A stretch of DNA of 64,000 bases, taken from the NCBI GenBank assembly GCA_000004985.1, contig GG738893.1; one strand, 5' to 3'. The notes below the pieces were generated by a model. That model ran no database searches. It was not told the origin of the DNA and saw nothing but the letters and a program-made list of their open reading frames with translations. A program made the translations under genes and the position numbers. Each line of letters opens with the position of its first letter. The first letter of the stretch is position 1. Below, in pieces: positions 12,246 to 25,039 of this stretch. The stretch is from Naegleria gruberi. Its lineage: Eukaryota.

Positions 12246-14493
12246 TTATTTCTTTTTCTTTTTACCTCCTTGATCTTTAAGCTTTCTCTTCTTATTGTTT
12301 TTACAGTTTGCGGAAGTACAATTAGTACAAGCATTATTATATTTGAAACATGGACATCTACTGTTGGCACATTTGACGGTCTTGTTGCATGAGCAACAAG
12401 GTGAAAGAGGTGAGCTTTCCTCTTGTTCAGAAAGATTAACATCTGATTGAATTATTGGTTGATGGTCAAGATTTAGTTCTTTCTTGTCAATGGTTACTAA
12501 GGAATTGTTGTTGTCTTTTGGAAAAAACAAATCTGAAAAGTTGTTTGGAATAAAGGAATCAATATTTGCGCCAAGCATGTGCAAACACTCAAGTGCTGTT
12601 GGTCTTTCTTTTCTATTTGAATTAACCATTTTTTGAAGCATTTCGAATAGATCAGGATGAATTTCATTACAACGGTCTTTAATATTATTAAGATTCATAA
12701 TGGAATCCATTGAACATCTTCCAACAATTATCTCAATAAAAACTTGTCCAAGCGAATAGATATCCGTTTTTGGATGGATACATCCGTCTCCACCATCTAA
12801 TTTTTCAGGTGGATTGTATTGTTGTGTCCCTGCTTTGGATTTAATAATTGCACTTCGAGAAGTATCAAAGGAGAGGAATGTACAATCTCCATTCTCTTTC
12901 ACAAAAAAACGAGCCATTTCAAAATCAATAAAGTTGTAAGTTTTCCTTCCTTGATAATCAAATAAAACAATATTGCTTGGTTTGATATCATTATGAATAA
13001 TATGTTGTGAATGAACTCTATGCAATTCGAACAATAATTGTTTGAAAGTGTCCAGTTTGTTTTCCATCACTTGATTGATATTCAAAACATTTCCATATAA
13101 TGAAACTTCCATTATACAATCCTTAATGGTATCAGTACTTCTCTTCTTTAAAATTGGGTCCAAATATACGGTAGGTAAAAAAATAGATGTTTGGAAGCGA
13201 GGGGAATAGAAAAAGTTCTGTAATTTTGATGTGGGTTGTCTGAATACTTTAACAATCACTGGATATTGATTGTGTTCTAATTTCCCCATAAATATTTGTT
13301 TTTTCATATCTGAAAAACTCTTTTGCTCCTTGTCAATGAAAACAGAAGCTTGTAAGTTTGGTAGTTCATTTGATTCCAGAGTAAATATTAGTGTTTCTCC
13401 CTCCTTAACTTCATAGCTAGATGACTTTGTCTCGCTGGTAAGCCCACGTTCAGTTATGTCAGATGCAGATTTCAAATTTGTAATTATTTCACTTTCGTTG
13501 AAAGAAGAGGCTTGTAGAATAAATGAGATTAACAAATCATGCTTTTCATGTTCTTGAGCAGTGTTTGGAAAAAGAGGATAGACACCATTGCTGACCAGTT
13601 CATAGTGTATATTTTGGTCTACTATTTTGGCATGCATTCCAATAATTTGTACATGGTTTTCATCAAGAAGCAATCCATATGAATACAATTTTTCCAATTC
13701 TGGATCCTTTTTTTTTGAGGATATAAATTGCATTAAGGAGCTATGGGCATATCTGAGAATTGCTACCACTTTTATAAAATTGTCATGAATGGCATTTGAT
13801 ACTATCTTGTCTTCGTGTACAAACTTCATCCTAACGAAATCTTGTCCCAAATATGGATTGTCTGTTTGCAACACTGAAACATTGTCTAGTATTTCACTTT
13901 TTTGCAACAGCTGAAATATCTTTTCGTGAAATGGTGACTCATCAACGTTAATGCAATTGGAAATTGCCAAGTTTCTTATTTATGTAAAGTATTAACAAAA
14001 TGTAGATAACTTACGCATTCTTCTTAAATTTGAAGAGTGTTGGCAACAACAGCAACTTGCTAAACCTTATTTGTGACAAATGAAACTCTGATACCTCTCC
14101 AGTAGGATAAATGTTTGGTGTAACGAAATGACTGAAGAGTACAGAGAATGAATTCGAATCTGTTTCTAAAATTTTAAACTTCTCCTTCAAACTATTAAAC
14201 GCCTTGATTGTATTGGTGAAGGCATTTTCTGTTAATTCATTAATAGACAAACATTCATTTCTAAAGTTTGTAATAGTCTGCCTATTATTCATGGCTAGTT
14301 GTAAAGTTTCGTCTTTTGTACCAGAAAATGATACATTCAAGTGGTTAATTGCATTGAGCTTCTTTTTGCTCAAATGATTTTTCATCAGTTCGGTTGGGAT
14401 TTTTTCCATGTTGGGTTGATTGTTTTTCGACCCTTCCTCTTGTTGAATCATTTCCGATATTTCCAAAAATTCTTCATCAAATGATTTTGTCAT
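12246..14493 (-). CDS. Protein kinase with non-canonical catalytic motifs and a C-terminal Cys-rich CXC-like tail; 2 exons complement(join(12246..13974,14015..14493))
   Basis: A 40-nt intron (GTAAGT ... AATAAG) joins ORF 14011..14607 to ORF 12246..13970 in frame (...KFKKNA|NLAISNCINV...). The kinase core reads ...HNDIKPSNIVL...IDFEMARF...GTQQYNPPE.... This gives HND in place of HRD and DFE in place of DFG. The tail is CCSCNKTVKCANSRCPCFKYNNACTNCTSANCKNNKKRK. The start is probably the ATG at 14493 (MTKSFDEEF); the upstream in-frame extension uses only alternative starts. Confidence 0.6.
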
Positions 14494-15166
14494 TGCCAAG
14501 AAAGAGTAAGACCAAACTGCCCATATATTTTTTTTAAGTGTTTTAAGCGTACAAGAAGGTTGCCAATGTGATGATGAGGTTGAATATTGTTTAATGTTCC
14601 AGCACAATTAAGGGTGCTTAAAGTTGGTTGGTTTCAAGGCGATTTTATTATTGTTTGGTCATGTTGAAAAATCACCTTGAAACCATTTCTATCATTTTGT
14701 AATTTGTTTCGCCATTATAATGGTGTCATTATCAAATCTGAATTTCTTAAGTAGTTAGAAACTGTAAAGCAGTGTAAAGTAATAAGGGCCGTTGGTATTC
14801 TCCCTGTTCGTTTTGAAATTTCAAGATCTAACTCATCTCACCTATCAAAATCATGAGCAATTTTACAAGTTGTTCATTTGAAGAAGGAGTAACTGAGAAA
14901 AAATTATTCCTTTTACTCTTCAACTTCCTCTCTTGGATTTGAGTCCGAGTCTGTGCAATAGTAAATAGTCAAAATTGTCTTTGAAACCATCCAATATTAA
15001 ACCTCAATTAATTCATAGAGAGAAGGTGGATCTCTTCCTGATGCCTCCTATTTGCAATACTTATATTGAGAAAAAAACAAAAAATCTACCATCAACAACT
15101 TCCTTAATTTATAATACTCTGACAATATAGGAGTGAAACAAGAAGAAAACCAATTTCATCATCAAC

Positions 15167-17112
15167 ATGCCTTACGATCCAAAAAAGCCACCTCCTCCGC
15201 CTCCAAGAGTAAGACCACCACAGGTAACCAGTCCTCCAGTGATTATTGAAGAAGTTGTAGCTGCAAAGAATGCTGTGAGTGAGGAAGAACATTCTAAAAG
15301 TCAAACAACAACCACTTCACCACTTAATGTAAAACCACTGCCACCTGTTCCTCCTCAAAAACCATTCCGTCCTCCTCCTAATGTCGAAGAGCCAGTCATT
15401 CAAATCGATCCAGAATTTTATGAGGAAGGTAATGATGTTCCTTATTATGATGGAGAGGGGCAGCCACAGGATCAATACTATGAGGGAGAGGATCAACAAT
15501 ATTATGATGAAAATCAACAAGCTTACTATGACGAACAACAATATTATGACGAACAACAACAAGCATACAATTATGATGACCAGCAACAAGATGGTGCTTA
15601 TGGGTATGAACAACAATATCAAACAGAAGAGCAAACTCAAGAATCTCAACAGGAAGCTTACTATGAAGGAGACGATCAACAAGCATACTATGAAGATCAA
15701 ACTGTAAATAGTTGTGAAGAAGCAATCATTGAGGAGCCAATTGTTGAGACATCACCTGTATCTCAAATAGAGGAACCAAATAGACCTCCTCCACCAATAC
15801 CTGTACATTTGGATATCATTGAAGATTCTCAACCAATAGTTGAAGAAACAGTTGTGGAAGAATCAATAATGGAAGAAGTTGATTCGAAACCTATTGAATC
15901 CGACAATATCAACACTGAACAACCACCAATTGAAGATCAAACCACGCCATGTTCAGAATCATCACCACCTGTATCAGAATCAATATTTTCTGTTTTTGAC
16001 TCCACAACTTTGAATCCACTGCCATCTCTTCCAAAGAAATCCCTGTCTAAGCGTCCACAAAGAAAGGAAAGATCGAGAGAATGTGTTGACCTGGTAAGTC
16101 TCAATTTATTTATATGAAATTCTAAAAGTCTTTTGTAGCTCTTTAAAAAGGCAGACACTTTCTTTGAGCAACATGTGGAAATTGATGTGAAAGAATTCAG
16201 TAAGGAAGAAGAGATCCCAGAAACCAAAACCACACCAATGAAGCCACAACCAATGTTCATGATGAATCAATCCATGTTGGAAGGAATTAAATTGAAGAAA
16301 TCTTCCACTCCTATTGTATTAAAGAAAGCTGTTACTGATGAAGATGAATCCTCGGTGAAGAAGGAAGAAACTCCAAAGAAACCTAGTTGGGCCCTTAGAG
16401 AAAAGACTCCACTTGCTGAAGAAAAAACAACCCCTCAAGCACCTCCTTGGGCTAGTGCTTTAAAGAAGAAGTCAACCAATGAAACAACTTCTGATGTATC
16501 AGCTACTCCAACTAAAACAGAACCTTCAGTTGAAGGAAAGAAGAGTTTATTTGAGAGAAAGTTTAATAGTGATGTAGTTCTCCATCAAGTGGAAAACTTA
16601 AACCAACCATTTTTGGATCACCTCATCATCATAGTGCTACCTTACCTGCTGGATTCTCGATATCTAAATTCAAAAAGTCAGAAGAACGAAAGAAACAAGA
16701 GGAAGAAACTGAAACCAAGAAGGTTGTTGACGAAACCAATACAGAGGCAAAGAATGAAGAATCCCCAAAATGTGAAGAAACTAAATCAGAAAAGACTGAG
16801 GAAAACAAATCCGAAGAAGGTCCATCTGTTGTAGAAAGGGAGAAGGAAGAACCAAAAGATGATCTTTCTCCAGTCATTACTCCAAAGAAGGCAGAAAGTT
16901 TCAGATTTGCAACTCTTGGCTCACCAATTTTGAGACAAACAGAGTCACCATTTGTTACAGCAGTTAAAGATGAAGGTGCCAATGATACTTCCACATCAAA
17001 AGGTTCCCTTAAGGATAAACTAGCCATGCTTGAAAAGAAACAAGTTGCTCAAGCACCTCCTGCTCAAGTTGATTTTAGATCAGTGTTAAAAAAGAGACCA
17101 GCCAATCAATAA
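15167..17112 (+). CDS. Pro-rich/acidic low-complexity protein with WH2-like LKK motifs; exons 15167..16093, 16139..~16575, then frame change, ..17112
   Basis: N-terminus is MPYDPKKPPPPPPRVRPP followed by an unusual Y/Q/D/E-rich tract (YYDGEGQPQDQYYEGEDQQYYDENQQAYYDEQQYYDEQQQAY...). A 45-nt intron runs 16094..16138 (GTAAGT...TTGTAG). Motifs LEGIKLKKSSTP and VDFRSVLKKRP resemble WH2/thymosin LKK actin-binding motifs. Near 16575 the protein-like reading switches frame (A ...LFERKFNSDVVLHQ to B SSPSSGKLKPTIFGSPHHH...KFKKSEERKKQEEE...LKKRPANQ*) with no plausible intron. That indicates an indel or an unrecognised splice. Confidence 0.4.
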
Positions 17113-17365
17113 ATATTACAGTTGTGATGTTTAGGGAATGGTTTACAATGTAATTTCCAAAAAATCTCTAATTGACTCTTGATTATAAAGGAGAATTTGA
17201 AGAGACGATATTCCTAAATGATTACAATTCTTATCATGTTGCAGGGCATAGCAGTTCTTAGAACTAGAACTTTCACTTTCCAGTTCACTTGCTGATTCGA
17301 AATTGAGTGAACCTTTTTTTCCGTGTGTGAAACTGTCGATCATCAAGGAGAAACTATCAAAAAAA

Positions 17366-19308
17366 ATGTGGCTCCACAAACTGACATTCCTTCTTGCCAT
17401 TTCCCTTCTCGCAATCACATGCTTAACTTTAATTAACGGACAAGAGCTCACAGTCCAAACTTTACAAGGAAAAGTTAAAGGTTACATGGCAAATTCCAAC
17501 ACAAAAGCTTTCTTAGGTATTCGTTATGCCGAAACTACGGGTGGTAACAATAGATTTAGACCTCCTGTTGAGTTGGCCGATACTTCATCTAGCACAGTTA
17601 CAAATGCAACCACTTATGGAAATATTTGCATTCAACAAAGTGGTGAAAATGTGTATAGTCAACCAGCAAGTGAAGATTGTTTATTCTTGAATATTTGGAC
17701 TCCAGCTGATGCATCTGCAACTAATCAATATCCAGTCATGTTTTGGATTCATGGTGGTAATTTTATTTACGGTTCTGGAAATATCTATGCTGGAGATTAT
17801 TGGGTCAAGTTGAGTCAGGATAATAATGTTCCAGTTGTTGTGGTTACCATTAATTATAGATTGGGTGTGTTTGGATTTATGACTGATTCATTGTTTGGTT
17901 CTGAAAATGGCAGAACTAATACTAATTTCGGTTTGTTGGATCAATTGACTGCATTGAAATGGGTCAGAAAGAATATTGCAAATTTTGGTGGTAATCCAAA
18001 TAAGATTACCATATCAGGAGAATCAGCTGGTGCTGTTTCAAGTGTTATTATGCTTACTAGTCCTCTCCTTTACAACACATCAAGTTCTTATTATACTGAT
18101 ATTAAGGTAAGTTTGTGAAATTGTCAACAAATTGAATTCGAATTGTTTACAAAATATTTTTTTAGGGAGCTATCGTTCAAAGTGGTACTTCTCTCAGGTG
18201 GAATATGCAAATTCAACAAAGTACTGCCCAAGGATTTGGCTCCAATTTGAAAACATTCTTTGGATGCACCACAGCAGCATGTTTGAGAGGATTGAGTGCC
18301 GATTCTTTGAATATCTATCAACAATACAATACCTCTGACAAATTTTCACCAACAGTTGACAATTATGTTGTCTTGAGGGATATTTTCGATTCGTACGATA
18401 GTGGACTCTATAAGAAGGTCAATCTCTTGATTGGTGTCACAAGAAATGAAATGAACGGTTTCACATGTGGAATTCTATCAAATTCCATTTCAGACACTCA
18501 AATGAAAGGTGTTTTTACTGGCTATTTTGGACTTTCCAAGATGCAACAATTCTATCCTCAACTTGCAAATTATTACACACAGGCCAATTATGCCAATAAT
18601 TTGGCTTACTTGAATGATATCTTGAGTAATTCAAATGTTCAATGTAATACTAGATATTTGGCAGCAACTGTTTCACAACAAGTTTACAATACCTATATGT
18701 ATACTTATGATCATTTCTTTTCATACACTCCTGCTTGTCAGAAGAGTGCCCATGCTATTGAGCTACCATTGCAATTCCCATATCTTTTTGGAATTAGAGG
18801 AGCTGTCAAGGTTTACACAATGAATAGTGATGAAGCTGAGCTCTCCAGACAATTGATTGTTTATTGGTCAAACTTTGTTTCTTCAGGAAGTCCAAATAAG
18901 AATGCAAAGAATTTAGTCAACTTGAATAATCAAACCTACTGGGAACGTTACACAACCTGCAATGATACTCAAATTATTCTTCAAACAGGAGGAAATGTCT
19001 TGAATAATACCATGTATTCGAAAGTTTGCCCATTCTGGAATCCATTCGATGAGGTTCCAACTATTACTTGTAATACCACAAATCCAGGACCTTCTCCACC
19101 AACTCCAGAATCCTCTACACAACCAACTCCTCAAACATCATCAAGCAGTCCATCTAAAAACACAACCAATCCAACAACTTCTGGAAAAACAGTTAATGGA
19201 ACTGTTTCTAATAAGGTCAATGAGGGAATTTCATCACATTCATTCTCTGCTAGTTTATTATTGGCTTGTGTAATGTTCTTCCTATTGTCCTTCATTCAAA
19301 TAAACTAA
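17366..19308 (+). CDS. Type-B carboxylesterase/lipase family protein, secreted, probably GPI-anchored; join(17366..18106,18166..19308), ~627 aa
   Basis: Signal peptide MWLHKLTFLLAISLLAITCLTLING. Carboxylesterase motifs are present: ...EDCLFLNIWTP...FWIHGGNFIYGSG...ITISGESAGA (GESAG active-site Ser). A 59-nt intron runs 18107..18165 (GTAAGT...TTTTAG). The C-terminus is a Ser/Thr-rich stalk followed by a hydrophobic tail (SASLLLACVMFFLLSFIQIN*), typical of a GPI-attachment signal. Confidence 0.8.
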
Positions 19309-19460
19309 GTTGAGCTTTTAATTGTGCTTGTAGTTTTTCCTCTCCATATTTGGGTAGGAAACATTTTCCTCTCTTAATTTGGAGAGGAAACAGAAAATAT
19401 TTAAAATACAAGATTGAAAGCAAAGTCCAACAATTCAAACAGAAAAAAATCAAATCAAAC

Positions 19461-21106
19461 ATGTTTTCTCTCGAAACTCTTTTCGAAATATCACTTTATG
19501 GTTTTATTTTCCTTGCAGTCATTGCAGGACTCATGATTTACAACAATGTCTCCAAAGTTAAACATTTGAAAGGTGTCTGGCAGGTTGCCACTCTTCCAAT
19601 CAAGATTCCATTACTCTCCACCTATGTTTACATGTCAGGTGAGAGAGAGCTATTGAAACATATTGAAGAGAAGGGTGATAAAGAAGCTGGCTATCTTAGA
19701 GTTTCAAGTATGTTCCTCAATGAGCTCTATATCACAAATAGAAACATGTTGAAGGAGTTGTACGTTACAAAGGCTCATAATTTTGAGAAACCAGACTATG
19801 CCTACTCATTGTTCAATATTTTCGGTGAGAATATCTTGTCAGCTCCAAATACAGATAGATGGAAGAAACATCACAATATATGTTATGCTGCATTTTCATC
19901 AAAGAATTTAGATTACATGTCCAAAGTTGCTACCAAAAGTGTGGATATGTTGACTGAACAAAAATGGGATCCTGAAATTACCAAAAATGGAAGTTTTGAT
20001 TTCAATGCTTTTGCTGATTTCACAGATATCACTGTTGATACTTTAGGAAAGGCAGGATTTGGTGTTTCATTCTCCATTTTCAATGAGGAAGGAACAAGTG
20101 AACAAGACATTCAAAAAGGAAGAAAATTGAGAGCTGCCACAGACACTGTCATTTCCTTCGCAACTATTATTAAGAGATTTTTCGAATCCACACCTCAATT
20201 GGAGAAGTTATTATTGAAAGTTACTGGAACACAAGAAGCCGTTGATTATTGTAGTGAAGCTCTTGATACACTCATCAAGCAAAGAAGTGAAATGTGCTTG
20301 CAAAAAAGAGCTAGAATGTTAACAGACGAAACTGATGACGATTCTGAAAGTTTGGGGGATTTACTTAAGCATGTTAGTTGAGGCAAATATCGAAACCAAA
20401 GAATTGACCGATACAGAACTCAAGTCTAATATTATGATCTTTTTGCTTGCTGGAACAGAGACCAGTTCCAATACCTTACAATACGTTGCCTATGAAATGG
20501 CAAAACATAGGGAAATCCAATTCAAGATGAGAGATGAAATTGACAGAGTTTTGAATGGAAGATCACCAACATTTGCCGATTATGAGAAATTCGAATATGT
20601 AAATGCTGTAATAATGGAAACTTTGAGATTGCACAATATTGTGAGAATTGTTTTCAAGCAAGCATGCAAGAGTAATGTAACTATTGGAGGGTTGAAGATT
20701 CCAAAGGGAACTTCTGTCATTCCAATGTTGATTGGTTCCCATTTGAGTGAAAAGAATTGGGAGAAACCAACCGAATTCAAACCAGAAAGATTCTTGTCAA
20801 AGGAAGATAAGGACAAACATCAAACCGATTTCACCTTCACTCCATTCAGCATGGGTAATAGAAAATGTGTAAGTTTTCAATTGATTTTTTCATTAATCTT
20901 ATCAATTATTCCATTAAATTTTCTATTCGAAACAGATTGGATACAAGTTTGCAAGTATTGAAATTTGCATGGTATTAGTCAGGCTCTTACAAAATTATGA
21001 ATTTGAATTGTTGAATAATGAAGCAATTGATCCAGTCTATGACAGCTATGGAATTACTCACAAACCTGAAAATCTCAAGCTTCGTGTCACTAAAAGACAT
21101 GACTAA
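19461..21106 (+). CDS. Cytochrome P450 monooxygenase with an internal frameshift; 19461..~20355 | 20356..20868, 20936..21106
   Basis: ATG at 19461 with an N-terminal TM anchor (MFSLETLFEISLYGFIFLAVIAGLMIY). Helix I reads AGTETS and the heme loop reads FSMGNRKC|IGYKFA, spanning a 67-nt intron at 20869..20935. A frame change falls at a G5 run (20354..20358): ...DDDSESLG(GGGGG)... switches to ...IYLSMLVEANIETKELTD.... Removing one G restores a continuous P450 frame. Confidence 0.7.
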
Positions 21107-21255
21107 ACCCAATTCGAATTCACCAAAACTATTCATATTGTAAATAAAAGAAAATCTTCAATGAACATTAAAAAAACTTGTTTTTTCCATTTAATTCTGG
21201 ATTGCGCGTTTGGATTACAATCAAACTTTGAAAAAATAAACAAAAAAAAATTCAT

Positions 21256-24200
21256 ATGTTGGGCTCATCATCGATCTTCGGATCATCACCAAAGAGAAAG
21301 AGAGAAGAAAATGTGGTAGAGCAACAACAACAAGAACAAGATGCTGGCTCATCAGCATCACAACAAGTGGTTGATTCTATTTCTGCTGGCTTGGATGAAG
21401 AATCTTTGCAAATTGTTGAATATTTCGAGAAGAGAGATGCTGATCAACAAAAGTTAATTGATGAATTGACGAGGGAGATGGAAGAGTTGAATTTGGAAAA
21501 ATCGATGGAAACTTTTATGAGTAAATTGATGGGTAAATTGGTATTGGATGAATCCGATGATAAGAAAGCTTCTGCTGTTGCTGCTGTAGTGGATGACAAG
21601 AGATTAAAGCAAATCAAGCGTATGCAAGCTGATGAAAATATTGTGTTAAAAGTTGGTGGTAGATTATTCTATTCTACAATCAAGACACTTTCCGGAGAGG
21701 GACTTATTCTCGAGAATTCATCAGAAAAGCAACAAAATGATCAACCAGCTGATCTTGACAAGAAGAGTGACAATTTATTCAAAGTCATGTTTTCTTCTAC
21801 TTTTTCAATTCAATATGTAACTACTGAAAATGGTATCAAAGCAATTAATTTTGAAGATAGAAATCCAGATAACTTTGAATATATACTTGAACATTTGAGA
21901 GCGAATGGACGAGTTAAATGTTTAGGCTTGGAAGAATTGAGTTTTGAAAAGTTAACAGGTATCCAAGAGGAATCTCAATTTTTCCTCACTGACAAATTAA
22001 CAAACTATATTGACAAGCTTTTGTTAAAGAAACAAGAAAACCTTATTGCGGAAAGTATGATATCTGTACCACAATCCTCTACTGCTATTTCCCAATCTGC
22101 TAAATCCACTATTGATGCACCAATTCCAATTAAAACCAGTTTACCAGTTGAGTGGTTGGAACAATTCAAAAAGTTTGACCTATCCAACAAGGAAAGAATG
22201 TTCGAATTAATTGATACTACCAAAGCTCAAATTAATTTAACAAAGCAACAAATCATTGACTTTTCCAACTCCCTCAGAGATAAATTGGTGCAGTTTATGG
22301 ATGGTGGTGAAAACAATGAAAGTGATTTGAACATCAAGTTGGATGTTTCAGGTACTTGTTTTAACATTCCATTCAAAATTTTCAAGGTACACAAAGAATT
22401 TATTGTGTACGACTTTATCCTTTCTGAAAACTTTGCATTAACTTCAAAGGGAACAATTTTTATTGATAGAAATCCAGAACTATTCCAAATTATCTATAGT
22501 TATCTCATCAGTGGAAATTTCAACAATTTCCCTTTATTGACACCATCCAATAAGAAGCGTTTGAAACACGAGGCTCAATTCTATAGACTTAACAAGTTTA
22601 TCAATGAATATTTTGACGAATGTAGATACCCTGTTGAAACTATTGGTACTGAAAATATCAAGATTAAAGAGCAAGAAGACTATCTAAGAGAGTTATTCGT
22701 TAAGGATAGAAGTAATCCAATATTGGAAGATAAGTATTTGTTGTTGGCACCTATTTTTGCCCTGAGACATCAAATTGATGGATTAGCCAAAGACAAGTAC
22801 AAAATTCCTAACTGTCCAAAATTACTTAACTTTTGTGAAGCACCAAGCTATTCAAGATATGTCTCAGAGCCTGTTATGGTTAAATCCCTTGAATATTTCA
22901 AATCTTCATGGAAGTTTGCTACATCTGGTTTATTAGAAGGTCTTGATTGGAATAATGTATTTGCTGCAGGTGGTATGGTTCTTGGTTGTTTATTAGAGGG
23001 AAATAATGCTAAATCTTACAAAAAATTTATTTCTACAAGGTATGGTAACCAAAATGATAAATCGAAGCCAACTCTCAGAGAAAAGCAAGACAGTGACGAT
23101 GAGGAAGAAGGTTTTGAAGAACCAACTGTTGCTCAAGTCACTCAAACAATTAAAGACACCATTGAGACACCCTCCTCAAGTGAATATATGAAATTACCGT
23201 ACAATTATCAATATTCAGACTACCAGTTTAATCAACTCAGAAATAGGAGCACAATGCCAACAACCTATCAACATCAACAACATACAAGTTTGTATGGAAC
23301 TCAAAGTATTTTTGGTGCAGTTCAACAAACACCAGCAGCCTTTAGTATTTCAAGTCTTTTGTCAAGTAGCACCACATTGCCTCCAATGACAATGGGAATG
23401 CCACTTGCAATGACTATGCCTACTGCTACATATCCAATGCCTACTTTGGGAATGACTATGCCTACTGCCACACCTCCAATGACAATAGGAATGCCACTTA
23501 CAATGACTATGCCTACTGCAACACCCTCCTCCTCCCTCTTTGGTTCTACAGTTGACTCTCCATCAGCTCCTTTATCTACTCCTCCAACTGAATTCCAAGA
23601 TTCAGATATCGATCTTTTCCTGTATGCATTGACTCCTGAACAAGCTGAAGACAAACTCCGTCATATCTATCAAGTTATTAAGAATAATTCTGGAAAGGAT
23701 ATTCTTGTTGTAAGAACTCAATTTACTGTAACATTCTACGCCCAAAAAATTATTCAAGTTGTTTTAAGGTTGTACAAATCTCCAGCTGAAATATTATTAG
23801 GTTTTGATATTTGTGCTGCTTGGTAAGTATTATATTTTAGTTGTACTAGTTTTTAACTTTTCTAGTGTGGGTTATGATGGTTCTCAAGTATGGTCGAATG
23901 CTAGAGCAAGAAGAGCTTTAGCACAACAAACCAATCTCATAGATCCAGACAGAATGTCCACTTCTTATGAAGCCAGACTTTACAAGGTATGTAACGAATA
24001 TCAAACCAAAATTAATTTTCAAATAGTATGCTCGTCGTGGATTCTCAGTCTCTGTTCCTGGTTATGATCCTGGAAAAATCAAAAATCACTTCCTAATGTT
24101 CCCTAGAACATACAGATCACAACATATTGACGTTCATGGTCTGGCAAAAATATTACTGATGGATTACGCTAACAAATCACCAAAAACATCTTACATCCTC

Positions 24201-24953
24201 TCTGAATTTGAGCGTAATAAGGCATTGGAAAAACAAATTGCAAGAGAAAGGTTATTGAAATATTTCGACAAGGATTTCAAATCAGACTATGATGACATTC
24301 CAGTGTATCGTTTATCTAACATCTTTTTTGGAAACGAAAATCAAGGACAATATTTATTTCAAAGGTTCTCCAGAAGGGTTGAATTGTTCCAAAAAATTTC
24401 CAAAATTCCAAACTGGAAACCATACTATATATTTGCTTTAAATGATGTTGAAACAATTATTAATGATACATCCAACTCTTCTAATTTAAGTGAAAAGATT
24501 CAATGGATACAAATCAACCCAGGTTCCCAAAAAATTGGAAGTTTCAAACCTGTAATGTCAAACTTTTATAGTGACGCCTATAATTATGCTACTACTTTAC
24601 AGCCAAATAAGACAAGAAAAAAGAGAGTGGGTAAACAAACATACACAGCCATCTGGAGTTGGGAAAAGAATATTTCAGCACATACCTATGAAAACTATAG
24701 TATGCTTATTTCTAACAAGATTGAATTAGCCTATAGAAAGTATTGTGATTCCACAAGCTACCTAACATCCTCAACCGCTCCAACAACAGTACCAATTATG
24801 GATAATTATCATATTGACTTTACATGCATGCAACAAATTAATAGTTCTGATCCAACCAGAAGAAGAAAAGTCCAAAGACAAGCTCCAATTACTTATACCT
24901 CAACTTTTGAGGATGTGCCTGTCAGAGAACTTTCAAGCAAAACTTATTATTAA
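21256..24953 (+). CDS. Double BTB/POZ (T1/KCTD-type) domain protein with MTMPTAT-type tandem repeat and conserved C-terminal domain; join(21256..23822,23866..23986,24027..24953), ~1200 aa
   Basis: Two T1-type BTB domains: ...IVLKVGGRLFYSTIKTLS...FEDRNPDNFEYILEHLR... and ...IKLDVSGTCFNIPFKIFK...IFIDRNPELFQIIYSYLISG.... Introns of 43 and 40 nt (GTAAGT...TCTAG and GTATGT...AAATAG) join ...ICAA|CVGYDGSQVWSNARARRALAQQ...EARLYK|YARRGFSVSVPGYDPGK... in frame with ORF 24096..24953. Confidence 0.55.
23378..23525 (+). repeat. In-frame tandem coding repeat (~51-nt unit x ~3) encoding MGMPLAMTMPTATYPMPTLGMTMPTATPPMTIGMPLTMTMPTATP
   Basis: Near-identical units (cctccaatgacaat[ag]ggaatgccactt[ga]caatgactatgcctactgc[ta]aca) are visible directly in the sequence. 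Confidence 0.7.
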
Positions 24954-25039
24954 GTTAGTTTTTCACACACAGCAATAAACCATCTCCAAATTGCATCATT
25001 GTTTACAAAACCAAAAAAAATAGCCAACAAAGGAGTGCC

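Noticed and set aside
15317-15725. ORFs 15317..15700(-), 15381..15707(+) and 15396..15725(-) inside the YY/Q-rich region
   Set aside because: Frame-shifted or antisense readings of a low-complexity coding repeat (poly-I/L/H artefacts). The sense frame at 15167 is the protein-like one.
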